From positions 145,948,001 to 146,012,000 of the forward strand of contig OX597818.1 of NCBI GenBank assembly GCA_951406725.2: a DNA stretch of 64,000 nt. Reading direction: 5' to 3'. A program made the translations under genes and the position numbers. Positions 26,309 through 39,988 of the stretch are shown piece after piece. Below the pieces are notes generated by a model that was not told the origin of the DNA, made no database searches, and worked only from the letters and a program-made list of their open reading frames with translations. The stretch comes from Octopus vulgaris (lineage: Eukaryota). How positions within the stretch are numbered: position 1 is the stretch's first letter; each line of letters starts with the position of its first letter.

Positions 26309-26714
26309 TTAACTTTTTAGCATTTAAACCGGCCATACCAGGTCCAAATAGTCTCTGTTTTATATTCAAACTGGTGAGATCTAGCTTCTCACACCCTAAC
26401 TTAGAATGTCATTTTAAAAATAAACAATGCCATCATTGAAATCTCAAAGCTATGTGATAGTGCATGATTAATTCAAAGCAATGTGAATAAAGAAGTCTTA
26501 TACAGAGAGATGTGACAGGGTGATGCCATAGTAGGATGGTGAGACGGTGGGGTGCTATGCTACGAGAAGTAAAGTTGAGCTAGAAGGAAAGAATGAACAG
26601 GTAGAAGGAGGGGGTGATACTTGGGGAAGGGATGTAGCAGTTTCTCGATGGGGAAACCAATGTGAATAAATAAGCATTAAATTTGGCAGAATAATCTGAA
26701 CGCTAAAGAGTTAA
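26309..26714 (+). mobile_element. Family A MITE interrupted by a 162-bp insertion
   Basis: Matches 31955-32173 except for 26496-26657, which is bracketed by a 17-bp direct repeat. Confidence 0.75.
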
Positions 26715-26729
26715 AAACAATCTTGCCAG

Positions 26730-27435
26730 TTGTGTGAAAAAGTGCCACACCCTAACGGTTGAGGGAACCTGTGGAAGAGGTAGACCCAGGAAAACCTGGG
26801 ACGAGGTGGTGAAGCATGACCTTCGCTCTTCCGAGACCTTTGGAAGTATGCTGTGCGTGAGAAGACCCGGCAGGACAAGTGAGGCCATAACCCGTGGCCC
26901 CTACCTGGGACGTAGTCAGTCCACCTGTGCATACCTTCCTTCTTGGGACACATAACTCTACTTGTGAAGACCTGTTGAGGCAAATGAAAATCAAAGAATC
27001 AAAGAATCAAATCAAAATCGAAATCAATCAACATCAATGGAATTTGTAGTGTGGTACAAGTGCCGGTGGCACATAAGAGAACCATCCGAACGTGGCCGTA
27101 GCCAGCACTGCATCGACTGGCCTCCGTGCTGGTGGCACGTAACAAAGACCATCCGATCATGGCCGTTGCCAGCCTTGCCTGGCTTCCATGCCGGTGGCAC
27201 GTAAAAAGCACCATCCGAGTGTGGCCGTTCGCCAGCCTTGTCTGGCACCTGTGTCAGTGGCACATAAAAATCACCCACTACACTCTCGGAGTGGTTGGCG
27301 TTAGGAAGGGCATCCAGCTGTAGAAACACTGCCAGATCTGACTGGCCTGGTGCAGCCTTCGGGCTTCCCAGACCCCAGTTGAACCGTCCAACCCATGCTA
27401 GCATGGAAAGCGGACGTTAAACGATGATGATGATG
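26730..27435 (+). mobile_element. Well-preserved 3' end of an RTE-like LINE: ORF C-terminus, subrepeat 3'UTR, (GAT)n tail
   Basis: KKCHTLTVEGTCGRGRPRKTWDEVVKHDLR, then GTGGCAC subrepeats and CATGGAAAGCGGACGTTAAACGATGATG. Confidence 0.8.
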
Positions 27436-27859
27436 AAAGAATAATGCATATAGAACATCGTAATTTCTTTAATGATTTAATATATTTAAACAGACGAAAT
27501 GTAGCCAGCAAAAGAAGAATACGATTCATTCAAATCCATTAAACAAGCCAATGCTGATGTATTACTCAAAGTTAAAATACACAGAAAATTACATCTTGGA
27601 TTCTTTCATAGATTCACCAGTTTGATATGAACGCATTGGCCGTGGCTATGTAGTTAAACCTGAAAATGTCATGGATGCAATTCCTTACATCTAATTAAAC
27701 TGCTAAATAAGGGCTCAATATTTACAACTCTTATCTTGTCACTTGCTAATAGGTACAGTTATCCAGACACAGCTCACTCGTGGGTCAAAGTCATTTCTTA
27801 TTGGGAGCCATTGCATTCACAGACCAACGCATGTACATGTCATCTTTTTTTTGCTTTCT

Positions 27860-30220
27860 ACAATAGGATCCCCTTCCTATCTGCAACCATTCTAAAGCCA
27901 TGTAATCATCAGTCTGGTGTGCACTCAAGCCAGACTGACAACATTCTCACCAGAAACAGCGATAGACAGATGCTCATAACTGCAAAGTTCTTTCGCAGTG
28001 AGGAACATACAACTCAACATAAGTTAGTGGTTAGCGATTTCAGACTTAAGGCTAGATGGAACCAGAGATGCAAACCAGTTTGGAAAAGGAAATTATGAAA
28101 CCTACAAGATCCATCAAGGAGTCAGAGATTTAGAGACATTCTGATTAAAGCATTTGATAAGAAAGTGGAGGAGGTTGTGACATATAACATAGAGGACAAC
28201 TGGAAATTCTTACAAGACAATCTTCTGAAGCCTACAGACTAAATTTATGGCTGAGGCAAAGAGTGGTAAGGTGGTGGAACAGTGAGATAGATAAGGTCAT
28301 AAAAGCAAAGAGACAGGCTTGGAAAGATTGGAGAAATAGAGACAGCAAAGGGCTATAGCAAGTAGACTAGGCAATAGGTTGATCTAGCAAGGACAGAAGC
28401 AGAACAGAAGAGATTTGCTAATGTCTTACAGAGTGAAAATCAGAGGCTTGAGGAGTTCCAGATTGCTAGAAAGTGTGTCAGAGACAATAGAGGTGTTGTG
28501 GGAGAGAAGTGTGTATGGATGATGGTATGCTTGCACTTAGTGACTCTGGGAAGTACTACTATGAAAGGCAATCAAATGTGGAGAGTGAATGGGAGAAAGG
28601 GAGTCTTACCTATAGGAACCTGACAGGGGTAACAGCTATTCAAGTTGACAGCAGTATGACAGATAAGGTAATAAGAAGACAGGGGAAGCCCCTGGTTTAT
28701 TGGGAGTCAGCACGGAGATGCTTAAAATATCTGATGGAGTAGGATACAATCTGGTCACCTGTACAGTTAATAAAGTTGTTCAGGAAAGTGTCATCTCCAA
28801 TAATTGATGTAGCAGCATTATAGTCAGCTGCTACAAGAGTAAGGGAGATGTCTGAGAGAGAAGTAATTACAGAGACATCAAATAGCTGGACCATGGTCAT
28901 CAAGGTTATGAAAAGAGTTATAGCCCAATCAATTAGGAACAGAATCAGATTAGTTGAAATGCAGTTTGAATTTGTGCCAAGGAGAAGCACTACTGATGTT
29001 ATTCTAAAAGTCAGACAACTTCAGAAGTATTTAACAAAGAATAAACCATTGGACTAGGCTTTTCTTGACTTGGAGAAAGCCTTTGACAGAGTACTCCATT
29101 GTGTGATATGGTGGGCTCTGAGGAAGCTAAAGGTAGACAAGTGGCCTGTGAAAGATGTATAGGCCATGTTCAGAGGGTCTATCAGTAAAGTGACAGTAAG
29201 GTGAGAGTTAAACAGGAATATAGTGATGAAATTAAGGTTTGGTTCTCAGTCCCCTCCTTTTCATCATTGTCCTCCAGGCCTGTTCAAGACCAGCCAGCTG
29301 CCCCTGGGAACTGCTCTATGCCAATGATCTTGCTTTCATAGCAGATTCTGCAACAGAACTAGAAAAGAAATTCCAGACATGGAAACAAAACCTGGAATCA
29401 AAAGGCATTGAGGTTAACTTAGCAAAGACCAAGGTTCTAATAAACAAGAAAACAGACAGAATCCAACCCACTTCAGGTAAATGACCCAGTTTGATATGTA
29501 GGAAGAGTGTATGCAGGAATTTCATATGGTGTACCCAGTACAAACTATGGACACACAAGAGGCATAGTGGAATAATAAGAAGGTTAACAGAGAAAGAAGT
29601 GCTTGTATGTGGAAGATGCACAGGAGGAATAAAGTCTACAGAGACACAGGAAATTGATTTTTTCTCAAATACCCCAGAGAGTTTGTGGATAATTTCTGCT
29701 AATTAGTTCCCAGGGAACCTAATTAGCAGTGGAGGAGGATGTATGGAAAGTGTAATTGCTTGAATACGAATAGGATGGAGAAAATTCAGAGAACTTTTAC
29801 TTCTGTCAGCAACCAAATTTATAGAAACTCCAATGCTACATGGTAGTGAGATGTGGGCTGTGAATGCAGACAACATGTGAAGACTAGAAAAGAATAAAGT
29901 TAGTAGGCTCCGTTGGATGTGCAATGTCAGTGTACACACGTGACAGAGGACTAGGATATTGTGAGTTAGTGTAGGAGGAATTAGATGCATATGTGCAAGA
30001 GAGAAGACTACACTGGTTTGGTCATATGATGCATATGAACGTGGACAGTTGCATAAAGTGCCAATCACTTAAAAGTAAAGGGAACTTGTGGAAGAGGGAG
30101 ACCCAGGAGGATATGAGACAAAGTATTGCAGGCTGATCAAGACACTGAGCCTTACAAACCTACAAAGATGACAAATAACCGAGATACCTGGCATCTTGCT
30201 ATACTCAAGGCTACCACAGC
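27860..30220 (+). mobile_element. Decayed RTE-like non-LTR retrotransposon (endonuclease end, RT, Cys-rich region)
   Basis: QHKLVVSDF, QFEFVPRRSTTD, FLDLEKAFDRV (~29060-29093), LSPLLFIIVL, LLYANDL, VNLAKTKVL, terminal GRGRP; many stops. Confidence 0.88.
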
Positions 30221-31954
30221 AAAATTGATGTCCTAAAACTCACCTTGGTAATGTTTATCTGTGAGGGGCTCTGCCCCACACATACTTGCATCCTCTCTGC
30301 TCTGTCAACCATTCTCCCCTCATTTCATCCCCTAACACTCATCACTTCTCTATCACCTGAGAGCAGAAACAGCATATACTACATCCTCCTGCTTTCTCCA
30401 CTTACTCACCTTTCCACACCTGAAACACTTCTATTTCCCATTATCTTTCCCTGCCTACTCTGCCAATCAACTCCTTTCTATGCCTTCTCTCCCTTGTGTT
30501 ATTAACACTCTTGCCTATCTGTTCTCACTCCCAATGCCCTCCCATATCTACAGCACCCCACCCCTGACCCTGATCCTCTCCTATATTTACTCCACTATCA
30601 CCTGTCTCAACACATCTTCACCACCATCACTAACTATCTCTCTTTATTTTACAATCTAACTAGCCTACTCTCTTTATCTTACTCTCTAACTCACTATCCT
30701 TTCTTTTCCAACTGGAATATCCATGTATTTCTCTACAGCAAGACACCTATCCTTGTCCATCTATACCTCTAATTTCTCATCAACTGGCACAAAGTATAAA
30801 TCCCATCACTACAATTGCAGCATGGAAGATGCTTGTAAGCCGTTTAAGAACACACAAAAATCTGTTAGTTTCACTTCAACATTTAAACATAATTTGTGTC
30901 AAATTATTTTTGTCACTTAGAAACCACGACCTGTTCCCTCACAAAACTTTGTGGTGCATTATCATTATCATTATGATTATGATTATGATTATTATTATTA
31001 TCATTATTAAGGCAGCAAGCTTGCAGACTCATTAGCATCCCAGGTGAAATGCCTGGCAGCATTTCAGCCATTGCTATGTTCTGAGTTCCAATTCCGCCGA
31101 GGTCAACTTTACCTTTCATCCTTTCAGGTTCAATTAAATAAGTACCAGTTACATACTGGGATCGATGTAATCGACTTAATCCCTTCCCCCAAATTTGAGG
31201 CTTTGTGTTTCCAGTAGAAAGGATTATTACTATTATTATTGAGTGAGAGAGCAGTGCATGCCATCAAAGTGACACTGGGGTAAAATATACGAAGCTCAGT
31301 ATACCCATCATGACTACCTGTCTGATAAGGGTACACCTGACAAGCAAATCTGTGGTATTGAGCAGAATATTTGTGGCAACCCATCTTTTATACCAAGACA
31401 AAACAATGTACATGATGACACTTCCAATCAGTTAAGATCAGAAGCCATGGGAACCACTGTCTGGTACTGCATCAGATTATTATTATTATTAATATTACTA
31501 CTACTACTACTACTACTACGATGACGACAACGACGAAGAAGAAGAATGAGGAGGAGGAGGACTTTTCCCTAGATGAAAACCACAGCTTCTGGTGTTTCAA
31601 CTACACACATTAAATATGTTACATTTTAGTTTTTACTATAGAACTGCTTTCATTGCATAATACAAATTTATTCTGCTTATGCAGTGCAATTACAAACCAG
31701 TGTGTAGTTTATACACTCTCTGTATATACATCATTCTAGGTGATTCAATTTTATTGCAGAAGTGACATGCCCACATGACATTACTAAAGCACAATAATAA
31801 GAAAACATGTGTCTGTCAGTCTTGCAATCACATCACAGGTGATTTTTGTTTCACCTAGTTCTGAAGTTTACTGTGTTTTTGAACACAATTCCCTGTAAAG
31901 AGTCTTTCCTTGGATGAAGACCACAGCTTCAAGTGTTTCAACTACATGCATGCA

Positions 31955-32173
31955 TTAACCCTTTATCATTTAAACCAGCCTTATCTAACCCAAATATTAT
32001 ATATGTTTTATGTTCAAAGTAGCCATATCATACTGCTCACACTTATGCTACAATGTTATTCTAAAGATAAACAATCACATCATTGAATCTTGAAGTTACA
32101 AGATAATCCCTGATCAATTCAAAAGAATGTGAATAAATTAGCATTACATTTGACAAAATAAATTGAGGGTTAA
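31955..32173 (+). mobile_element. TTAA-flanked MITE, family A
   Basis: TTAACCCTTTATCATTTAAACC...GGGTTAA; copies at 26309-26714 (interrupted), 47587-47780 and ~47986-48213(-). Confidence 0.78.
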
Positions 32174-32302
32174 AAGGGCTAAGTTAGTTATATTGATTTT
32201 GGGTTGAATATATATGTGTGTGTGTTTATACAAACATCATACAGACACAGTTACACTTATACAAAGAAAGAACAAAAAAAGGGGAAAAAAAGGCATACAA
32301 AC

Positions 32303-32453
32303 CAATGCTCTCTATAAAGTCTCCTTCATGGGTATGTTTGAATATAAAGAAGTGATACCGGGCATGGTTATCAGGCACTTTCATTGGTAATGAACTGACG
32401 TCTATGTCGGCTTCAGTTTCTAAGCAAATTCTTTCTCTTTCAATATCAATACT
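32303..32453 (-). CDS. TWF: Twinfilin coding exon (151 bp; SIDIERERICLETEADIDVSSLPMKVPDNHARYHFFIFKHTHEGDFIESI(V))
   Basis: Within ORF 32226..32483(-). CAG acceptor, GTTTGT donor, ARYHFF.FKH.HEGD motif of the second ADF-H domain. Confidence 0.95.
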
Positions 32454-34010
32454 CTGAAGATAAGAAACAAAACCAATGATCAAGATTTATGCCCAAGGCT
32501 CATGGAATGTAGGGAAACAATAGAATGATGGAATGAGGTAGCTCTTAGCCTGTTACTGTCACTAGATTTTTAAAGCATGTTAGGGTTGTTATAGTGAACA
32601 GTTGGGCATACTTACACATGTGTGCCAGACTGACTTTGTTTCCTCATAACTTCCAGAAAAATAGATATTTTTGATGAAATTTTCTACAAATACCTTTGAG
32701 ATGGTGTAGATTATGATTAGATCAGAATTTAAGGATGAAAAATAAATATTGGTGGTCACGCATTCATACATACTGACACACATCACACACATATATATAT
32801 ATATACAAAAGAAAACTTGAAATTTTGTAAGAATTATGTTATGTGTGTTAGTATGTATGTGTGTGTGCTGACCATTTATTTCTTTTATTTTTCACTTTAA
32901 ATTCTGATATGATCAGAATGTATTCCATCTGAAAGATATTTGCAGAAAACTTTATTAACCAAAATATTCATTTTCCTGAAAATTTTAAGGGAACCCAGTC
33001 AGGGATCAGGTGGTGGGGGTGGGGGGCACACATGTGTAGATACACCAACAGGTTGACCTTTGCTTATCTGCTTCTAACTGAAAAACAGCTTAATTTGAAA
33101 TTATATTTCATGGCATAGCAGTAAAGATTTCAGGTTCAATCCCACTATGTGGCACCTTGGGCAAGTAATTTCTATTTTACCCTCAGGTTGACCATTGCTT
33201 TAGGAGTGCAATTTTGTAAACAGAAACTATACAGAAACACATTGTGTGTGTGTGTTTGTTATCATTATCATTTAAATATACACTGTATGTGTGTGTATGT
33301 GTGTGTGTATAAACATGTTTATGAGAAAAACATAAGCATTGAGACATAAAAAGATATTCATTGCTTGACACTCTGTGTTGATGGATTGTTAATCAGAACA
33401 ATCTCCACAGCCAATGGCTTTCTTCGTTTCATTTTTTTATCAGTATCAGCTTGGATTCATATAATCAGGTGTAAGAAGAAATACCCTAAAGATAGGTCAA
33501 AATGGCATTTGTTAAACAGATTTTCTACAGTTGGGTGCTATTCCTGTCATCAACTTTCTTCTGTTTCCAAGCAAGATAATATTCCCCCCATGGTCAGACA
33601 TATTTTAAATGGAACACTAGAAACAAACAACACTGCTGGTATGACAGTGATGCTTGTTTACAACCATGATGTCAAGACAAGGCTTCACACACACACACAC
33701 ACACACACTCATATGGGTTTCTTCCAGTTTCAATCTACTAAACATATTCGCAAGGCTTTGGTCAGCCTGGAGCTATACAGATAACACTTGTCTAAGATGC
33801 TGAACAGTGGGACTGAACTTGAGATTATGCGATTGGGAAGCAAGCTTCTCAACCACACAGCCATGCCTGATTACCATGTTTGTTGTTTTGTTTTTTCCTA
33901 AAGATCTCTAATAATGAGATTAGTATTAGAAAAAGCAAAATCTATGGGTTCTTTTTTTTTTCAATGAATGCTTTGTTTTAAAACAAAATATATTGCAAAA
34001 AACAACAATG

Positions 34011-35160
34011 ACGAGGTCATCCCATAAGTAATGTGGTCTTTCTGTAGTAGGCTTTGAAAAAATAAAAAAGGCAAGTGAGGTACCAATTTAATCAACAATA
34101 TATTCCCCATCTGAATCAATATCCTTCCAATGCTATAAAAAAGTTTTTTATGCCATTCCTATAGAAATCAGCTGGCTTAGAAGAGAACATCTCTTGAAGG
34201 TCCGTTTCAAGTGCCTCTAAAGAATTGTATTCTTTTCCATCAATAAAATTTTGCAAACTTTGGAATAAATAATAATCCAAAGGATATGGAAACCTTTCCC
34301 AACTTAGCTCCCCAATCTTGGTACATGTAATTCTTGCCCTATGAGGTCTGGCATTGTCATGATGGTAAATGATACACATTCAATTGAATAGGAAGCATCT
34401 TTTTTCTGCAAGTTTTTCATTGTCTACCAATTTGTTCACAGTACACTTCAACTGTAATTGTCTGGTTTTGTGGTGGCAAAGTTCCAAAGTGTATTACACC
34501 AAACATGTTCCAGTAAACTTTCTGAGGATGATCTTTTTTTTTTAGATGGGGTCCTACTTGTTCTCCTAGTTGAACCCATTGACATTGGTGATTAACATTA
34601 TTATAGAGTATCCCCTTTTCAAAAATGGAGGCTTTTTTCTCACATGAATAAAGAGCAGTGCAGATATTGACATGTTCTCTTTGATTGTTTTCACTCAGTT
34701 CATCTGGAACCCACTTTCAAAGCTTAGACACAATTCCAAGTTTTTGCATATGGCGATAGATAGTTGTATATGGACTTCTTCCAGTAATAGCTTTCAATAC
34801 ATCATTATCAAAACAGTCAGGGCACCCAGAACGGCAAACCGTTTATAGAACCACCATTGGCACTTGCAATTATTCAAAACACTTTCATTATACACTTCTT
34901 GCACATTTTTTACAATTCTTGCATTGTTGCCTTTTTTATGCTCGTAAAGCATGATGAGTCTAATGTGCTCTTCTGTAGCCTCCATTCTCATGAGGGTAAT
35001 TAAAGCAACAAATTATTACTTGTGTGTCTGCAAGCCAGAATCTCTCTAATTGAAGCTTTCCTTAGCTCTGTGGTGTTTATGCACCCATGAAAAAATATTG
35101 TTTAAATATGTTAGAGCACGTTTCACCAAGTACAGTCTGATAAACAACATTACTTATATA
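34011..35160 (-). mobile_element. Decayed mariner transposon (second family)
   Basis: ORF pieces EEHIRLIMLYEHKKGNNA (HTH) and HHDNARPH...DYYLFQSLQNF...FYRNGI; partial TIR ATAAGTAATG / CATTACTTAT. Confidence 0.88.
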
Positions 35161-35205
35161 TAAACAACATTACTTATATATATATATAAACAATATATAT
35201 ATATA

Positions 35206-35423
35206 GGCGAGCTGGCAGCATCGTTAGCACGTCGGGCGAAATGCGTAGCCGTATTTCGTCTGCCGTTACGTGTTCTGGGTTCAAATTCCGCCAAAGTCGA
35301 CTTTGCCTTTCATCCTTTCGGGGTCGATAAAATAAGTACCAGTTACGTTCTGGGGTCGAAGTAATCGACTTAATCCCTTTGTTTGTCCCCTCTATGTTTA
35401 GCCCCTTGTGGGTAGTAAAGAAA
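35206..35423 (+). mobile_element. tRNA-headed SINE, family 2 (Meta-domain-like core), CpG-intact copy
   Basis: GGCGAGCTGGCAGCATCG...GGTTCAAATTCC, then GTCGACTTTGCCTTTCATCCTTTCGGGGTCGATAAAATAAGTACCAG; second copy at ~31010-31230. Confidence 0.8.
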
Positions 35424-35439
35424 TATATATATATATATG

Positions 35440-35479
<40 letters not shown>

Positions 35480-36148
35480 GAGGGATGAGGTGGTGAAGCA
35501 TGATCTACGAACTTTGGCTTCATGGAGGCAATGACTAGTGACCGAGACATTTGGCGATATGCTGTGCTTGAGAAGACCTGACAAACCAAGTGAAATCGCA
35601 GCCGTGGCTGATGCTGGCACCACATAACGAGCACCCATGCAGGTGAAACATAAAAAGCACCTTTCAAGCATTGACACTCATGGAAGAAAAGTGGTTGAGT
35701 TCCTTTCAAATGTTGGGCTTCACAAAGGCAATGACCTTTGGCATTATGTTGGGCTTCAAGCATTGGACCTCACAGAGGCAATGACAGAGTCCATTTGGCA
35801 CTATGCCGTGCTTGAATCGTGGCAGATACCAGTGTCACACAAATGGTACCCATGTCGGTGGCACGTAAAAGCACCCATTACACTCTTGGAGTGGTTAACA
35901 TTAGGAAGGGTATCAAGCTGTAGAAACCATATCAAAACAGACTAGAGTCTGGTGCAGCATTCAAGCTTGCTAGCCCCGGTCAAACCATCCAGCTCATGCC
36001 AGCATGGACAACAGACTTTAAATGATGATGTTGACAGGCCAAAAGAAACTATGCTCAGCCACTTATGGTAAACAACTCAAAGAAAAGTCTGGGAGTGAAT
36101 AAACACTTAATCTATAATTGTCAGTCAGACAAATGACTATGGACTAAA

Positions 36149-36279
36149 TGTCTGTGTGTGTGTGTGTGTGTGTGTGTGCAAATATATATATATACATATA
36201 TATATATATACCCATATATATACATATATACATATATACACATATATATACATATATACATACATATATATACATATAT

Positions 36280-36336
<57 letters not shown>
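36149..36336. repeat. Compound (TG)n/(TA)n/(CATA)n microsatellite next to a twinfilin donor site
   Basis: Directly visible. Similar compound tracts at 1671-1880, 3860-4130, 7290-7390. Confidence 0.95.
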
Positions 36337-36337
<1 letters not shown>

Positions 36338-36381
36338 GTATGGTGTATGGTGTTGGTAATAATGGTAAATGAAATACTTAC

Positions 36382-36507
36382 AATCTGGACATAAGTTATT
36401 AAACCATTCCTCAGGCGCTCCAAAGCCGCAACACAATCATTTGCTATAGGGAATGCTAGACCTTGCATAGTTTGATTCTTTGTATCAATGTTCACATCAG
36501 TATTCAC
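36382..36507 (-). CDS. TWF: Twinfilin coding exon (126 bp; [42 protein letters not shown])
   Basis: 5' part of ORF 36121..36507(-). Poly-T AG acceptor, GTAAGT donor, DTK.QT.QG.AFPI motif. Confidence 0.96.
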
Positions 36508-39500
36508 CTAAAAAAAAAAAGAAAACAGACATATATAATATGTATGTATTTACATGTATACAATACTGATTCTATATGGTAATTCAACATGTTAGTAATA
36601 GCAACCAAATCTTTTAGAAATCCCACCCTAATATCTTAAAAAAGTGAAAGAACATGATGAACAATGTAGGTAATTCTAGATATACGTCATCATAGGACTT
36701 CTTCTTCAGAGCAGCACTGAAGTTAAACAATAACTGGTATAGTCAACACTCTGTTCAGGGCAATGAAAGTGAAGAAAGACTAAGCACAATACCAGATTAA
36801 ATGCCGTACAATATTTAGTTTTGTTCCTCTATGTTCAGAGTTCAAACTCCTACATGAATCAACTGAGGTTTTTTTTTCTTTTACATGACTTAACCTGAAG
36901 GGAAGGGCCTTTTTTCTGTGGTAACTGAGATTGGTTGAAAGTAGGGACTAAGTTCTCATCAGACCGAAGACTTTCACTGAATGCTTGCAATTGAGTGGAT
37001 TCAGCAAGAAACATCAAGTCCTGGTAAACCAGTAAGATGGATTATGTCCACCAAACCAAACGCAAGGGCAGTTCTTCATCCACCGAGTTTCCAGACAATT
37101 TCTACCTACCAAATGTGAGTTACAAGGCTTTGGTAGGAGACCATGCAATGGAATCAAACTGAAAACCACATAGTTGCAAAGCAAACTTCTTCACTACACA
37201 ACCAAGCCTGCTCTTCGTGCTAACAAGATCAATAAAAAAGAAATATCAGTCATGTACCAGGGTTGATTAAATCAAATATACTTCCTCTTAGTTCCAAGAT
37301 CTTGCGCCAAAGTTAGAAATTGTTATTACTGTAGGGGCTGTTGACGTGTTTTAGTGAGATGTCAACCTCAATAATATGTGTATAATTAAAAAGAAATATG
37401 AGCTAAGGGAAATAACTCAAAAGCAAGAGTTCAGCCAACCTCAAAATGACATTTATTCATGTTATTTTGCCTATCTATATGTCTTTACATTTGAGAGGAT
37501 TTGCCAAATACATGCCACTCGATTTACTAGAATTAGTAGCCAAATCGCCTGCTTTTCACACCTTACAGTCTTAAAACAAGATGGATTGGGTAGGGTTCCT
37601 GAGAGTATTGTACCTGAGTAAAATAAGGAATGATCACAATTTGAATGTTGGTAATCACAGGTCTGCTCAAAGGCCAAGTAACAACATATCTTTGGATCAT
37701 ATCTCATCAGCAGTACCATACTACATACCAGACTTGACTTTGCCTACAGTTTCTCCATGTTCAACAAAGCAAGTAACAGTAATACACTGAGATCAATTTA
37801 ATCAACAATATCCCCAGGTTTATAAGAATTAACCTTGTTACTTGTCAAATGAAATTGAGATTTGATATGATATAACTATTTAATGCTTAGGTTAAGGCAG
37901 TTGTGTAATTAAGAAGCTTGCTTTGCAATTGCAGGGTTTCAAGTTGAATCTCGCTGTGCAGCATCTTGGACAAGCATCTTCTATTGCATTCTTGAGCCAA
38001 CCAATGCTTTGTGAGTAAAATTGGTAAACAGAAAATATGAGGAAGCCTACTACCATATACATTCAAAAATGTATGTATGTATGTTGTGTGTGTATGTATA
38101 TATATATATATATAAAAGTGAGTTTGGAGGGATATAATATCTGGGCAGATACCATATTAGCTCTTAGTTGAGTTCCAGTTAATAGTGTCTAATGACTGTG
38201 ATTACAATTAGCTGTTAGTTGCTCTGTGGACTCTTCCAATGGGTAATTCTGTGTACTCTTCGCAAGATGGTACAAATCGTCTGGAGTATATATTAATATC
38301 CATCATCATCATCATTCTTTAACATCCGCTTTCCATGCTAGCATGGGTTGGATAATTTGACTGAGGACTGGCGAACCAGATGGCTGCGCCAAAGAGTTCT
38401 CCATCCACAAAATTTATTTCATACTTATATACAGCGTATTATAATGACCTGCATGAGTTTCTGCAACAGCAACTACTCACTGCTGAAAATGCAGCCTTGG
38501 TGCAGCTACATCGGGGTATATCCATTTGGTCGTCCTCATGTGTGTGTGTGTGAGTGTGTGTGAGCATAAATGTTGATTCAGCATGTCATCATTAGCATCA
38601 TCTAAGTGAAAGACGATGACATCGTTTACTATCTTCGGTGAACAAATCTTCCCAAAGTGTATCAGAGACATGATGGTCAGTGGAATGAGAAAAAAATAAA
38701 ATACATAATTTGAAAAGCAAGTAAGGGTTTGGTGTCAAGAACATCTGGACAGAAAATCTGCTTCATTAAAACAACAATGATGATGAAGATTTAATATCCA
38801 ATATGTGATGTTGTTATTCCAGCTGTAACCATCCTATTGTTTTAGGTATAGTACAGATAAGACTACAATATCCAATGTTATTTTAGCCAGAGAGGTGAAA
38901 TTTGAGAGAGATCTGGCTACTATTTCTAATAGGTGATTTATTGCATAGAAATCTCATTTGAATAGCAAATGCTGTAGTGTGAAGAAAAACAGGTATAAAA
39001 TATCACCTTAACAGTCCAGAGGGATGAAAGGGAACAGCTGAGCATTAAAGACAACAGCCAATGTGCAATAATTCTGCTGGTACATCAATGACCTTTTCCC
39101 CATCACCTACAACATCCACTCCTCTACAGATGATCTCCTCACTTCATTCCTCCCTAACTTTTCATATTCAAACTTCATTCACCAGCAATGCACTGGCATG
39201 CACCAAAGTTGTTGCACCTATCTTGTCTCCTTCAATAGTGAAAGAACATAATCACTACACACACACAAAAAAACTCATTGCACATCTCCCACAAACACAA
39301 GCAGCATGTAGTGGTAGTAGTAGTATGGGTTCATGCACTGCAGCAGTGCATTACAGCAACAGAGCATCACTGCAAAAGTGCATCACTGCATCCACCATTT
39401 GTTGGCAATTCCCTACACCTTTGCACTACTCAGGTAATAACCCTTCAATAATTGGGTAGTCGTTGCTGATAAGGATTTTATGAGGTCAAAATGCAAACCC

Positions 39501-39883
39501 TTCCTCAACCTCTTTTAGCTGCTCTTTACAAAACACAGAGGAAATGTTGGGTCTCTTCTTTGATATGCTGGTCGCCACACTAAACTAGAGCAGGAACACA
39601 ACACACCAACCAGTCCAGGAAATGAACCCACAATAGCCAGATCATGAGTGCAACACCCTAACCATTAGGTCATACACCTTTACACAGCATGTAACAAAAG
39701 AAAATTCCCATCCATGCTGGCAAGAAAAAAATATATAAATAAAATAATGAAAAATAAGAAAAATAATTTTAAAAAGTTTAAAGAAAAAAAAAACCAACAC
39801 TGAAAATATGAAGAAGCCAAAGATATGAAAAGAGACAGTAAGAAACAAACTGCCTGACAATGCTAAAGATGAAAAATACTTAC

Positions 39884-39988
39884 TTCAGTTTTCCTAATAA
39901 TTTCTAGCTCTTCCTCAGCAAACGTTAGTGGAGCAGGTGCCTTTTGGAATTCTATGTGTTTGAGAAAGCCATTCAGAGAGATATCCTC
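39884..39988 (-). CDS. TWF: Twinfilin coding exon (105 bp; EDISLNGFLKHIEFQKAPAPLTFAEEELEIIRKTE)
   Basis: TTTTTAG acceptor, GTAAGT donor, PAPLT.AEEEL linker motif. Confidence 0.96.

Noticed and set aside
27055-27290. CRISPR-like repeat array
   Set aside because: Eukaryotic context; units are mutually homologous throughout with no unique spacers and no cas genes.
39061-39459. 132-aa plus-strand ORF inside a twinfilin intron
   Set aside because: Ser/Thr-rich low-complexity translation with no domain motif.
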